A DNA stretch of 64,000 nt from Patescibacteria group bacterium (lineage in GTDB: Bacteria > Patescibacteriota > Minisyncoccia > Minisyncoccales > JANBVM01): contig JANBVL010000002.1 in NCBI GenBank assembly GCA_024238995.1, forward strand, positions 14,414 through 78,413, in the 5' to 3' direction. The position numbers and the translations under genes are program-made. Below the pieces are notes generated by a model that had not been told where the DNA came from, did no database searches, and worked only from the letters and a program-made list of their open reading frames with translations. Of the stretch, positions 8,647 through 18,287 are shown one piece after another; within the stretch, counting starts at the first letter, position 1; every line of letters starts with the position of its first letter.

Positions 8647-10608
8647 TTAAATATCAAGATTCTTTACCTGTTTAGCATAAGATTGGATAAACTTTTTCCT
8701 TGGCATAACTTCTTTGCCCATTAAAATATCAAAAATCCTGTCTGCTTCTCTTGCGTCTTCAATATTAACTTGAAGAAGAATCCTGTTTTCTGGATTCATT
8801 GTGGTTTCCCAAAGTTCTCCAGCATTCATTTCACCCAAACCTTTATACCTTTGAATAGAAACATTAGTAGTTTTTCCAAATTCTTTTAAAACCTTTTTTT
8901 TCTGATCTTCAGTATAAGCATATTTAAACTTCTTACCGCTCTGAATTTTATATAAAGGAGGCTGAGCAATATATAAATATCCGCTCTCAATTAATGGTTT
9001 AAAGTATCTATAGAACAAAGTCAAGAGTAATGTTTTAATATGATTGCCATCACTGTCAGCATCACACATTATGATAATCCTATGATATCTTGCTTTTTCA
9101 ATATTAAAATCATCCGAAACAGCAGTGCCCAAAGCAATAATTAAAGATTTAATTTCTTTTGAATTCAAAATCTTATCAAGCCTTGCCCTTTCAACATTCA
9201 AAATCTTGCCTCTTAAAGGCAGTATAGCTTGAAAATGACGGTCACGGGCCTGACGACTCGAACCTCCAGCACTCTCGCCCTCAACGATAAATAACTCTGA
9301 TTCTTCTGGTTTTTTAGATGCACAATCAGCTAGTTTGCCAGGTAAAGACAAACCATCTAAAATCTTTTTTCTTAAAATAGTGTCTTTGGCAGCTTTAGCA
9401 GCTTTTCGTGCCTTTTGAGCTAAAGTAAATTTCTGAATAATAACCCTGGCATCATTAGGATTTCTTTCTAAATAATCAGTTAAAGCATAACTAACAACAG
9501 CTTCAGCTATTGGCTTGGCTTCAGAATTGCCTAACTTTGCTTTGGTCTGGCCTTCAAATTGAGGCTCTCTAACTTTTACTGATATTACTGCTGTTAACCC
9601 CTCTCTTATATCTTCTCCAGAAAAGTTATCATCATTATCTTTTAAAAACCCGTTCTTTTTTGCATAATCATTAAAGGTTCTTGTCAGAGCAGATCTAAAA
9701 CCAGTTAAATGAAACCCACCATCTTGAGTATGAACATTGTTTGCGAAACTCTCCTCAACGCATTCAAGATCATCAGAATAACCAAAGGCTACTTCAACTA
9801 TAATTCCGTTTTTTTCTCCTGAACAGTAAAAAATATCCTTATTAATTAATGCTGAACTTTTGGTTAAATATTTAACATAAGAAATTATTCCTCCTTCAAA
9901 ATAAAAAGAATAGGATTTATGGGGCTTGATTCTTTGGTCAAAAAAACTAATTTTTACGCCTTTTGTTAAATATGCCTGCTGCCGAAGATAAGTAAGTATC
10001 TTTTTTTCATTAAAATTAATTTCTTTAAAAATACTTATATCAGGTTCAAATGTAACGATCGTCCCATTGGCTCTGCATTTCCCAATTTTCTTAACAGCTG
10101 TTTTTTTCTTTCCTTTTGCATATTCCTGAGCATATCTATAACCGCCACGGCATACCTCTACTTTCATGTACTCTGACAGAGCGCAAACAACAGAAATACC
10201 AACGCCATGAAGACCGCCACTAGTAACATAAGCTTTTCCTCCAAACTTTCCACCAGCGTGAAGTGTTGTCATTATGGTTTCAAGTGCTGATTTTTTAGTT
10301 TCAGCATGCTTATCAACTGGGATTCCCCTGCCATTATCCTCAACCCTAACTCTATTATTAGGCAAAAGCCAAATTTTAATTTCATCACAATATCCCATTA
10401 TTGCTTCATCAATACTGTTTCCAACAATTTCTTTAACTAAATGATGCAGTCCTTCTGTGCCAGTTGAACCAATATACATTGCTGGTCTTTTTCTAACAGG
10501 ATCCAGTCCTTTTAATACAAAAATGTCCTTAGCAGTATAGGATGACTTAGGCTTTGGTCTAGTTGTTTTTTTTGCTTTTACAACTTTTACTTTCTTTGTT
10601 TTTTTCAT
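8647..10608 (-). CDS. gyrB: type IIA topoisomerase B subunit (DNA gyrase B or ParE)
   Basis: GHKL ATPase motifs (HHLVKEIVGNSIDEA, EDNGRGIP) and TOPRIM (ELFIVEGESAGGS). It has a Lys-rich N-terminal tail, and no gyrA is adjacent. Confidence 0.8.
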   Translation of the reverse strand: MKKTKKVKVVKAKKTTRPKPKSSYTAKDIFVLKGLDPVRKRPAMYIGSTGTEGLHHLVKEIVGNSIDEAIMGYCDEIKIWLLPNNRVRVEDNGRGIPVDKHAETKKSALETIMTTLHAGGKFGGKAYVTSGGLHGVGISVVCALSEYMKVEVCRGGYRYAQEYAKGKKKTAVKKIGKCRANGTIVTFEPDISIFKEINFNEKKILTYLRQQAYLTKGVKISFFDQRIKPHKSYSFYFEGGIISYVKYLTKSSALINKDIFYCSGEKNGIIVEVAFGYSDDLECVEESFANNVHTQDGGFHLTGFRSALTRTFNDYAKKNGFLKDNDDNFSGEDIREGLTAVISVKVREPQFEGQTKAKLGNSEAKPIAEAVVSYALTDYLERNPNDARVIIQKFTLAQKARKAAKAAKDTILRKKILDGLSLPGKLADCASKKPEESELFIVEGESAGGSSRQARDRHFQAILPLRGKILNVERARLDKILNSKEIKSLIIALGTAVSDDFNIEKARYHRIIIMCDADSDGNHIKTLLLTLFYRYFKPLIESGYLYIAQPPLYKIQSGKKFKYAYTEDQKKKVLKEFGKTTNVSIQRYKGLGEMNAGELWETTMNPENRILLQVNIEDAREADRIFDILMGKEVMPRKKFIQSYAKQVKNLDI

Positions 10609-10665
10609 TTTTAAATTAAAAATAAATATAACGAATTTTTATTCGTGTTTATTAGTAATTAGTTA

Positions 10666-12696
10666 TTATTTTCTCACTTCCCAGTCCGGGTCTTTGTCTA
10701 AACTTTTAATAATTTGGGTTTGAATTTCATCTATTTCTTTTGAAGACAGGGTTTTATCCTGTGCCTGATAAATAATATGAAAAGCTAAATTCTTTTTGCC
10801 CTCTGGCATTTCTTCTCCTTCATAAATATCAAATAAATCAATATCTTTAATTAAATTGCCGCCTATCACATTAATTTTATTTAAAACTTTTTCAACTAAA
10901 ACCCCCCTTGGAACCAATACTGCAATATCTCTGACTGCAGATGGATAAGGAGAAATTGGAACGAATTCAGCCTCTTCTGAAGCTAATTTTCTTAATTTTT
11001 CAAAATCAAAATCAAATACCACTACCTTTGATTCAATCTTTAATTCTTCAAGAATGCTTGAGGAAATCTCACCTAAAAATCCAATTTCGTCTTGCCCAAC
11101 TTTAATTTCGGCAACTTTTTTAGGGTGCCAGATAGATTTTTTAGAATCTTCTGGCGTTGCTTCATACTCATCATACCAGATATCACTTATCCCTAATTTA
11201 TTTAAAAACGCATCAACTATTCCTTTCATTTCATAAAAGGAATCTCCGCTCATGACTCCTGTTAACATTCTTTTTTCTTCTGTTTTTCTTTTTTTAAGGA
11301 AAATATTGCCGAGCTCAAAAATCTTAATGTTCTTAAAATTCTTTTGATTTTCTTTAAAAACTTTTAATATATTAGGCACTAAACTTGGCCTTAAATACTG
11401 ATAGTTATCACTTAAAGGATTTTCGAGCTCTAACATATCAGAAACATCATAACCAAACATTGCTCCCTGTTTTTTACTAACAAAAGAATAATTGTATAGC
11501 TCGTTAAATCCAATTTCTTTTAAAATATCTTTTATTTTATTTTTCCAAAAAACATTAAAATTTATTTTAGGAGGAATTAAAGCTCCTATAGGAAAAGATG
11601 GCTTAATGTTTTCATAGCCATAAATCCTGCCAACCTCTTCAATTATATCTTCAGGAATTGATATATCTAATCTGAACGTAGGCACGCCAATTAAAAATTG
11701 TGAATCCGAGCTTTTCAGAATATTAAATCCTAATTTTTTCAAAATATTTTTTATTCTTGAGACAGGAATTTTTACTCCCAACAAACTCTGAATGTAGTCC
11801 AGGTCTAATTTAATTTTGCCTGCTACTGGTTTTTTAGGATAAAAATCGACTAACCCTTTGCAGACCTTTCCTTTAGCTATTTCTTGAATTAAATAAGCAG
11901 CCCTGTTAATTGCAATTTCTGTTAGATTTAGATCAATACCATGCTCAAAGCGCCAGGAGGCATCAGTCTTTAAGTCTATTGTCTTGGAACCCTTGCGCAC
12001 TGTTTTAGCATTGAAATTAGCTGATTCTAAAACAATATTTTTTGTTTTTCTATCTATCTCTGTTTTTTTCCCCCCTTTAATTCCTGCAATAGCTATTGGC
12101 CTTCTATTATCAGCAATTACTAAAATATTTTCGTCTAAAGCATATCTTTCATTATCTAAGGTTGTGATTCTTTCTCTTTTTTGAGCACGCCTGACAATTA
12201 TTTTTCTATCTGTAATTTTCTCTAAATCAAAAGCATGTAAAGGCTGGCCAGTTTCAAGCATTACATAGTTTACAATATCAACTATGTTATTAATTGATTT
12301 CAGTCCTAAAACCTTTAACCTCTCTTTAATCCAACCGGGCGAAGAGCCAACCTTTACATCATTAATCACTTTTACAGTATATCTGTCACAATCTTTTTTA
12401 CTGCTAACTTGAAGTTTTATAAAATCAGAAGTATTGTTGTCTGTTTCTTGAATTTTAACTTCAGGCTCTTTTAGTTGAAAGTTCAAAAGAGCTGAAATCT
12501 CTCTTGCTATTCCCGAATGAGAAAAGCAGTCAGATCCCCTATTAGGCAATACGTCAATATCAATCGCAAAATCATTCCCCTGTTTTTCTACTTCCTCAAC
12601 TTCAAAGAAGTGGAGATTTAAAATCTCTGCCAATTTTTCTGCTTTAGGCAGCTTCTTTTTAAAAAATGATTGAAGTATGTTGTATGAAAAAACCAT
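10666..12696 (-). CDS. pheT: phenylalanine--tRNA ligase beta subunit
   Basis: B3/B4 and B5 domain signatures are present, the gene follows pheS, and the 676-aa length fits. Confidence 0.85.
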   Translation of the reverse strand: MVFSYNILQSFFKKKLPKAEKLAEILNLHFFEVEEVEKQGNDFAIDIDVLPNRGSDCFSHSGIAREISALLNFQLKEPEVKIQETDNNTSDFIKLQVSSKKDCDRYTVKVINDVKVGSSPGWIKERLKVLGLKSINNIVDIVNYVMLETGQPLHAFDLEKITDRKIIVRRAQKRERITTLDNERYALDENILVIADNRRPIAIAGIKGGKKTEIDRKTKNIVLESANFNAKTVRKGSKTIDLKTDASWRFEHGIDLNLTEIAINRAAYLIQEIAKGKVCKGLVDFYPKKPVAGKIKLDLDYIQSLLGVKIPVSRIKNILKKLGFNILKSSDSQFLIGVPTFRLDISIPEDIIEEVGRIYGYENIKPSFPIGALIPPKINFNVFWKNKIKDILKEIGFNELYNYSFVSKKQGAMFGYDVSDMLELENPLSDNYQYLRPSLVPNILKVFKENQKNFKNIKIFELGNIFLKKRKTEEKRMLTGVMSGDSFYEMKGIVDAFLNKLGISDIWYDEYEATPEDSKKSIWHPKKVAEIKVGQDEIGFLGEISSSILEELKIESKVVVFDFDFEKLRKLASEEAEFVPISPYPSAVRDIAVLVPRGVLVEKVLNKINVIGGNLIKDIDLFDIYEGEEMPEGKKNLAFHIIYQAQDKTLSSKEIDEIQTQIIKSLDKDPDWEVRK

Positions 12697-12701
12697 AAAT
12701 G

Positions 12702-13724
12702 CTAAAACTGTTTTAAAAATCTTAAATCGTTTTTATACAAAAACCTGATATCATTGATTTTATATTTCATCATTACCAATCTCTCTACTCCCATTCCAAA
12801 AGCAAAACCTTGCCAATTTTTAGGATTTAACCCTGAATTCTTTAAGACGTTGGGATGCGCCATTCCAGCGCCCATCATTTCCTGCCAGCCAGTTTTTCCG
12901 CAAGCTGAACATCCTTTGCTTAAACAAACAGTGCAGGTCATATCAATTTCAAAAGATGGCTCAGTGAAAGGAAAATAACTGGGCCTCATGCGGATTTTAA
13001 CTGGTTTTTTAAAAAATCTCCTGTAAAATTCTTCAATAACTGCTTTAAAATTAGCAGCTGAAATTTGTTTATCAATCATTAAGCCTTCAAGGTGATAAAA
13101 ATTAAACTCATGATTAGCGTCAGTAGCTTCATGCCGGAAAATTCTTCCTGGCACAATAATTCTAAAAGGAGGATTATTCTTTTCCATATACCTTATTTGA
13201 ACTGGCGAAGTATGAGTTCTTAAAAGCATTCCATTTTTCAAATAAAATGTATCCCACAAATCCCTGACTGGATGGTCTTTAGGAACATTTAAAGCGTCAA
13301 AATTATACCACTCAGTCTCTACTTCAGGCCCTTCAATTATTGAAAATCCCATTAGCTCAAAAATGTTTTCCATTTCTCGCTTCACTTGAGTTAATGGATG
13401 AAGATGTCCCAAAGTAGGTTTTTTTGCTGGAATAGTAATATCAATCCACTCTTTTTCATAAACTTGTTTTCTGACTTTTTGTTTTAATTTTTTATTCTTT
13501 TGCTCAATAGTTTTTTTCAAATAAACCTTTAATTCATTTGCTTCTTTTCCCAATTTCATTCTTTTAACCTTTGACATCTTTTTCAAAGAACGCAAAATCT
13601 GAGACAACTCACCTTGCTTGTCCAAATATTTCTTATAAACACCATCTAAATCCTTGAGATTTTTACTGTTTTTAATCTCTTTTTCAGCCCTTTTTTGAAT
13701 GGTCTTAAGCTCTGTTTTAGCCAT
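12702..13724 (-). CDS. pheS: phenylalanine--tRNA ligase alpha subunit
   Basis: Class II motifs (FRPSYFPFTEPSFE, GWQEMMGAGMAHPNVL). Confidence 0.9.
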   Translation of the reverse strand: MAKTELKTIQKRAEKEIKNSKNLKDLDGVYKKYLDKQGELSQILRSLKKMSKVKRMKLGKEANELKVYLKKTIEQKNKKLKQKVRKQVYEKEWIDITIPAKKPTLGHLHPLTQVKREMENIFELMGFSIIEGPEVETEWYNFDALNVPKDHPVRDLWDTFYLKNGMLLRTHTSPVQIRYMEKNNPPFRIIVPGRIFRHEATDANHEFNFYHLEGLMIDKQISAANFKAVIEEFYRRFFKKPVKIRMRPSYFPFTEPSFEIDMTCTVCLSKGCSACGKTGWQEMMGAGMAHPNVLKNSGLNPKNWQGFAFGMGVERLVMMKYKINDIRFLYKNDLRFLKQF

Positions 13725-13780
13725 ATTCTCTACCTTAATTTTAGCTTAAAAATAGCTTGAAATCAAGCCCAGCTGTGAAT

Positions 13781-13809
13781 AAAAAAACCGCTTTTCTGGC
13801 GGTTTTTTT
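13781..13809. terminator. Bidirectional rho-independent terminator (A-run, CCGC-ttttctg-GCGG stem-loop, T-run)
   Basis: aaaaaaaccgcttttctggcggttttttt. Confidence 0.5.
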
Positions 13810-13932
13810 AATATACAATTACGCCCAATTTTATACAATGCGGGGATGGTTGGACATAGTTAGAACTGAGTACTGGTCTAGACTTTCGGTCTTAGAATCA
13901 GTAAAATCTTTCTCTTTTCAGTCCTTCAAATT

Positions 13933-14283
13933 TTAGTTTTTTTGATTTTTCTTCAAATCCTCAATTAGCTCATAAGGGAAGTTAGCCAATAAAATACTAA
14001 ACTCCCTTAAAGTACATTCATCTTCTTGCCCACCTCTAATCGTTAAGCAAGTACTTAGCCTGGTTTCTTTGTTTATCCAAATAGCCCCCAAATCCTCACC
14101 TAGCCACATAGCAAAATAATCTACTTTTGGAGTAAGAAATATCCAACCCTCTTTTGAACTTCCATGAAGGAGAAAACCGTTTTTATTGTAAAGAACAGCC
14201 TGAACAGGTAAAGCTATTAAGAATAGCAAAATTAGAGAAAGAACAGAAAGTTTGACTTTCCAAAGCTTCTTTTGATTTAACAT
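13933..14283 (-). CDS. small secreted hypothetical protein (signal peptide)
   Basis: 116-aa ORF whose N-terminus has a signal-peptide-like hydrophobic segment ending in ...ALPVQA. No recognisable family. Confidence 0.45.
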   Translation of the reverse strand: MLNQKKLWKVKLSVLSLILLFLIALPVQAVLYNKNGFLLHGSSKEGWIFLTPKVDYFAMWLGEDLGAIWINKETRLSTCLTIRGGQEDECTLREFSILLANFPYELIEDLKKNQKN

Positions 14284-14430
14284 AGCAGGGATAGGTTTTA
14301 ATTTCTATGTCTACTGACTAAGAACACAAAGCTCCTCGCCAGTGATAGCCTCTCGACTACCCTATAACCTTTCAGCTATAGACCCATCCCTGAGCACTCT
14401 GACGAGGAGTTTAGTATCAGGGATGGGTTA
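14284..14430 (-). promoter_or_regulatory. Structured 5' leader (riboswitch/attenuator-like) of the 13933..14283 gene, with mutually exclusive long helices
   Basis: On the minus-sense RNA, element 1 is ACCCAUCCCUGA (14428-14417). Element 2 is UCAGGGAUGGGU (14393-14382). Element 3 is ACCUAUCCCUG (14296-14286), which ends 2 nt before the AUG. Element 2 can form a 12-bp perfect helix with element 1, or an 11-bp helix (one G-U pair) with element 3. The G-U pair works only in minus sense. In addition, CUCCUCG (14407-14401) is complementary to CGAGGAG (14339-14333). Confidence 0.35.
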
Positions 14431-14666
14431 TTTATAATGCCATACCTCTTAATTATTTCACCTTAAAAGGGTTAGGCTGTTTATAAATGTTAATTTTCTA
14501 TTTGCATTATATCACTTCTCAACTAATGAACAAAACGGTGTTTATTAAAAAAAAGATTGTGTTAAAAATTTTCTTAATTTTTTCTTTCATAGCTTTGTTC
14601 TACCAAAAAACCGCTCAAAGAGCGATTTCGTTGATATACAATTACATACAATTCTATCCAATTTTG

Positions 14667-14740
14667 CGGGGACGACGGGACTCGAACCCGCAATCTCTGG
14701 ATCGACAATCCAGAGCTCTAACCAATTGAGCTACGTCCCC
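14667..14740 (-). tRNA. tRNA-Asp (anticodon GUC)
   Basis: Complete cloverleaf: acceptor ggggacg/cgtcccc, D-arm gctc..gagc, anticodon loop ttGTCga, T-loop ttcgagt. There is no encoded CCA. Confidence 0.85.
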
Positions 14741-14770
14741 TTATTCAAAAATCACAAATAGTGGTTTTTG

Positions 14771-14843
14771 TGCCGGTGACAGGAGTCGAACCCGTAACCT
14801 TGAACTTATGATGTTCCCGCTCTAACCATTGAGCTACACCGGC
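14771..14843 (-). tRNA. tRNA with CAU anticodon (Met elongator or Ile2-lysidine type)
   Basis: Acceptor gccggtg/caccggc, D-arm gctc aatggtta gagc, anticodon loop atCATaa, T-loop ttcgact. Confidence 0.8.
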
Positions 14844-14858
14844 AACTATTAAAACTTG

Positions 14859-14929
14859 TTGCGGTGCCTGGAATTGCACCAGGGTCTCCAGCTTATGGGA
14901 CTGGCGAGGTACTACTCCTCTACACCGCG
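14859..14929 (-). tRNA. tRNA with CAU anticodon, atypical, possible initiator tRNA-fMet
   Basis: Cloverleaf: acceptor cgcggtg/caccgca with a C1-A72 mismatch, D-arm gagg agtagta cctc, anticodon arm ccagt cccataa gctgg (CAU preceded by C33 rather than U33), T-arm cctgg tgcaatt ccagg (G at position 55). It is the first gene after the promoter. Confidence 0.55.
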
Positions 14930-14942
14930 ATATAATAGTAAT

Positions 14943-14971
14943 ATTCTATCTTTTTTCATTTTCTAAGTCAA
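14943..14971 (-). promoter_or_regulatory. Sigma70-like promoter for the tRNA cluster (minus-sense TTGACT, 17 nt spacer, TAGAAT)
   Basis: Minus-sense sequence is ttgact tagaaaatgaaaaaaga tagaat, about 13 nt upstream of the first tRNA 5' end. Confidence 0.4.
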
Positions 14972-15484
14972 TTAAAGAACCTGTAAATTTTCCAAAGCTT
15001 TTTCGTACACATCTAAAACCTTATAGGCTGAATCTAAATCCAAGTGATAATTAGGATCATCAACAAGTTTTTGACGAATTTCATTGGCTCTTTTGACTTG
15101 TTCTACGTTTTCTAGAATATCAACAGTTAAAATATTAAGCCTTTCTTTTAAAACCTGTCCTCTAAAACCCATTCTTTTTAATGTATCTTCTAACAAAGTA
15201 TCTGCTTCAATAACAGCTAATCGTGCTTCAGCTTCATTGGTGCGTGATTTTTCCTTAATTTTTTTCCATCTTTTATTAATAGTTGCTAAACCGTGATGCC
15301 TGTAAGTTAGAAATTCCATCCAATCCCAAATCATTAATTGATGAATCCAATCAGTTTTAATTAAAGCAAAAATAATAAATCCTGTTAAAAGTAAACTAAA
15401 AATGATAAAAACTAGTTTTAATATTAAAAAACTACCAAAAAAAGTTGGATCTAAAATGAACTGGATAATTGTTTCTAAAGTCAT
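14972..15484 (-). CDS. hypothetical membrane protein with two N-terminal TM segments and a helical C-terminal domain
   Basis: No recognisable family motifs. Its stop overlaps the tRNA promoter and its start overlaps the gatA stop. Confidence 0.4.
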   Translation of the reverse strand: MTLETIIQFILDPTFFGSFLILKLVFIIFSLLLTGFIIFALIKTDWIHQLMIWDWMEFLTYRHHGLATINKRWKKIKEKSRTNEAEARLAVIEADTLLEDTLKRMGFRGQVLKERLNILTVDILENVEQVKRANEIRQKLVDDPNYHLDLDSAYKVLDVYEKALENLQVL

Positions 15485-16899
15485 GATTCTAAAAACTCAG
15501 CTATTTTAATAATTTTATTATCTTCAAAATATTTTCCAATAATCTGAAGTCCCACTGGCAGATTATCAACCTTACCGCAAGGCACAGAAATCCCTGGCAA
15601 TCCTGCCAAACTGACTGCTGCCATATAAATATCAGTAAGATACATTGAAAGAGGGTCCATCATTTTTTCTCCTAATTTAAAAGCTGGGGTTGGCGCTACT
15701 GGAGCCATTAAAACATCAACTTTTTTAAATGCTCTTTCAAAATCCTGTTTAATTAAAGTTCTAATTTTTTGAGCCCTTAAATAATATGCTTCGTAATAAC
15801 CTGCTGATAATGCATAAGTGCCTAACATAATCCTTCTTCTTACTTCATCACCAAATCCTTCTCCCCTGGTTTTTAAATAAAAATCAAATAAATCTTTAGC
15901 CTCTTTTGTAAAATGACCATATTTTATTCCATCATATCTGGCAAGATTAGCAGACACTTCACAGGGCATAATAATATAATAAGTGGCTAAAGCATGGTCA
16001 GTGCAATGAGGAAGACTTATCTCTTCAATTTTTGCTCCTAAGTCCTCATACTTTTTTATAGCATTTTTGACAATTTTTTCTACCCCTTCATCAATCCCTT
16101 CGCTAAAATATTCTTTAGGAATGCCAATTTTCATTCCTTTTATTTTAAAATCAGAAAAATCATTTTCAGGCAATTCTATGCTGGTTGAATCCAGATCATC
16201 TTCTCCTTTAATTGCATTAAAAACAATTCTGCAGTCTTGAACTGTTTTAGTAAAAGGCCCGATGTGATCTAAAGAAGAAGCCATGGCAATCAAACCATAA
16301 CGAGACACTGCTCCATAAGTAGGTTTAAATCCCACTACCCCGCAAAAGCCTGCAGGCTGACGAATAGAGCCACAAGTGTCTGTGCCCAAAGCATAACCAG
16401 ACATATTAGCAGCTACTGCAGCTGCTGACCCTCCAGAAGAACCGCCTGGCACTCTAGTCAAATCATGAGGATTCTTAGTAGGAAAAAAAGCAGAACGCTC
16501 AGTAGAAGAACCCATGGCAAATTCATCCATATTAGTTTTACCTAAAATGACCACTCCTTTTTCTTTTAACTTTTTAATGCAAGTGGCATCATAAGGAGCT
16601 ATATAGTTTTCTAAAATCTTAGAACCTGCAGTGGCTTTAACATCTTTAACCACAATTATATCTTTAACTGCCATAGGAATGCCAGCTAGAACATCTACGC
16701 TGGCTCCCTTAGCTATTTTTTCATCTACTTTCTGAGCCTGCGAAAAAGCTGATTTTTCACAAACTGTCAAAAAGGCAGAAATTTCTTTGTCCTGTCTTTC
16801 AATTTCATTCAAATAAGCTTTGGCAAGTTCCAAAGCAGAAAATTCTTTATTTATTAAACCCTGATGAGCCTGTTTAATTGTAAGACTTGTTAAATCCAT
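15481..16899 (-). CDS. gatA: Glu-tRNA(Gln) amidotransferase subunit A
   Basis: Amidase signature (GGSSGGSAAAVAA) and Ser-cisSer-Lys region. Confidence 0.9.
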   Translation of the reverse strand: MDLTSLTIKQAHQGLINKEFSALELAKAYLNEIERQDKEISAFLTVCEKSAFSQAQKVDEKIAKGASVDVLAGIPMAVKDIIVVKDVKATAGSKILENYIAPYDATCIKKLKEKGVVILGKTNMDEFAMGSSTERSAFFPTKNPHDLTRVPGGSSGGSAAAVAANMSGYALGTDTCGSIRQPAGFCGVVGFKPTYGAVSRYGLIAMASSLDHIGPFTKTVQDCRIVFNAIKGEDDLDSTSIELPENDFSDFKIKGMKIGIPKEYFSEGIDEGVEKIVKNAIKKYEDLGAKIEEISLPHCTDHALATYYIIMPCEVSANLARYDGIKYGHFTKEAKDLFDFYLKTRGEGFGDEVRRRIMLGTYALSAGYYEAYYLRAQKIRTLIKQDFERAFKKVDVLMAPVAPTPAFKLGEKMMDPLSMYLTDIYMAAVSLAGLPGISVPCGKVDNLPVGLQIIGKYFEDNKIIKIAEFLES

Positions 16900-17187
16900 T
16901 TAAAGAATCTTTCTTGTTTTTAAATAATTATCTTTTTTTTCAGGAACTAAATCCATTATTCTTAACCTGTCCTCAAGAGAAGTAGAAATTTCCTTGTCTT
17001 CTCTTGTAACACCCTTGCTTTCATATAAGCTTTTTTTTAAATCCACTTTTGAAATATCAACTTGTTTCAGTTTTTCCATATAATCTAAAATCAAGGAAAG
17101 CTCTCTTCCCATTTTCTGAAGCTCTTTTTTATCTAATTCTAAACGAGCTAATTTAGCAATATGTTTTATCTCATCTTTTGAAATCAT
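16900..17187 (-). CDS. gatC: Glu-tRNA(Gln) amidotransferase subunit C
   Basis: 95 aa with EIKHIAKLARLEL...L..IL.YMEKL, directly upstream of gatA. Confidence 0.8.
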   Translation of the reverse strand: MISKDEIKHIAKLARLELDKKELQKMGRELSLILDYMEKLKQVDISKVDLKKSLYESKGVTREDKEISTSLEDRLRIMDLVPEKKDNYLKTRKIL

Positions 17188-17198
17188 GGATTTAAAAT

Positions 17199-18287
17199 TT
17201 AGCGTAGAGGTTCAAGCACGCTTGTTTCTACTAAAACTTCTTCTAATTCATTTAAATTTTCCAAAACCATACCAGCACCACGAACTACTGCTGTCATTGG
17301 ATCCTCAATTATCTTTGTAAGAATCTTAGTTTCCTTTTGGATTAAAGTATCAAAACCGTGAAGGAGAGAACCTCCTCCTGCCATATAAATACCATCTGTC
17401 ATTATGTCAGCTAATAACTCTGGAGGAGTTTCTTCAATTGCTGTTTTAATTTCATCAACAATAATATTTACTGACTTTTCCATTGCTCTTTTAATGTCTT
17501 TGTTTGAAACAATAATCTCTTCAGGCAGACCTGTAACAATATTTCTCCCCCTCATAGGCATTTCTTTTTTCTCTTTCGTAGGATAAGCTGTGCCTATTGC
17601 AATTTTAATAGTTTCAGCAGTCCTTTCACCTATTAATAACTTGTATTCTTCCTGAGCAAAACGGATTATATCTTCATTAAGCCTGTCTCCTGCCACTCTT
17701 AAACTTTTTGATAGAACAATGCCACCCAATGAAATAACTGCCACTTCAGTTGTTCCGCCTCCAATATCAACAAGAAAATTACCTCCTGCTTCCTGCACTG
17801 GCAGTCTTGCACCAATAGAACTTGCCATTGCTTCTTCTATTAAAAACACTTCTCTTGCTCCAGCTGATTTTGTAGCATCAATAACAGCTTTTTTTTCAAC
17901 TTCAGTAACCCCAGCAGGAATACCGACAATAACTCTTGGCCTGATGAATTTTTTTTCACGAGATTTTTCAATAAAGTATTGAAGCATCTGCTCTGTAACC
18001 TCAAAATCAGAAACCACTCCTGCTCTCAATGGTCTTGTTGCAACAATATGAGAAGGTGTTCTTCCCACCATTTTCTTAGCTTCAAACCCTATTGCTAAAA
18101 TCTGGCCTGTTTTATTATTAATAGCCACAACAGAAGGTTCTTGAATTACAATTCCTCTGCCATCAACATAAACAACACTATTAGCAGTACCAAGGTCAAT
18201 AGCAATATCTTCTGAAAATTGTTGAAAAAATTTCTTAATTATATGATTCATATTTAATAAACTTAATAAGCTTGGGCGAAAATCCAC
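17199..18287 (-). CDS. mreB: rod-shape-determining actin homologue MreB (copy 1). The true start is probably the internal Met at about 18251, because the track start overlaps the proS stop.
   Basis: DIAIDLGTANSVVYV...EPSVVA phosphate-1 motif and DIGGGTTEVAV phosphate-2 motif. Confidence 0.85.
   Translation of the reverse strand: MDFRPSLLSLLNMNHIIKKFFQQFSEDIAIDLGTANSVVYVDGRGIVIQEPSVVAINNKTGQILAIGFEAKKMVGRTPSHIVATRPLRAGVVSDFEVTEQMLQYFIEKSREKKFIRPRVIVGIPAGVTEVEKKAVIDATKSAGAREVFLIEEAMASSIGARLPVQEAGGNFLVDIGGGTTEVAVISLGGIVLSKSLRVAGDRLNEDIIRFAQEEYKLLIGERTAETIKIAIGTAYPTKEKKEMPMRGRNIVTGLPEEIIVSNKDIKRAMEKSVNIIVDEIKTAIEETPPELLADIMTDGIYMAGGGSLLHGFDTLIQKETKILTKIIEDPMTAVVRGAGMVLENLNELEEVLVETSVLEPLR

Noticed and set aside
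14487-14729. 80-aa plus-strand ORF in the track
   Set aside because: It overlaps the tRNA-Asp gene and the riboswitch-like leader, and its composition is low-complexity. It was judged spurious.
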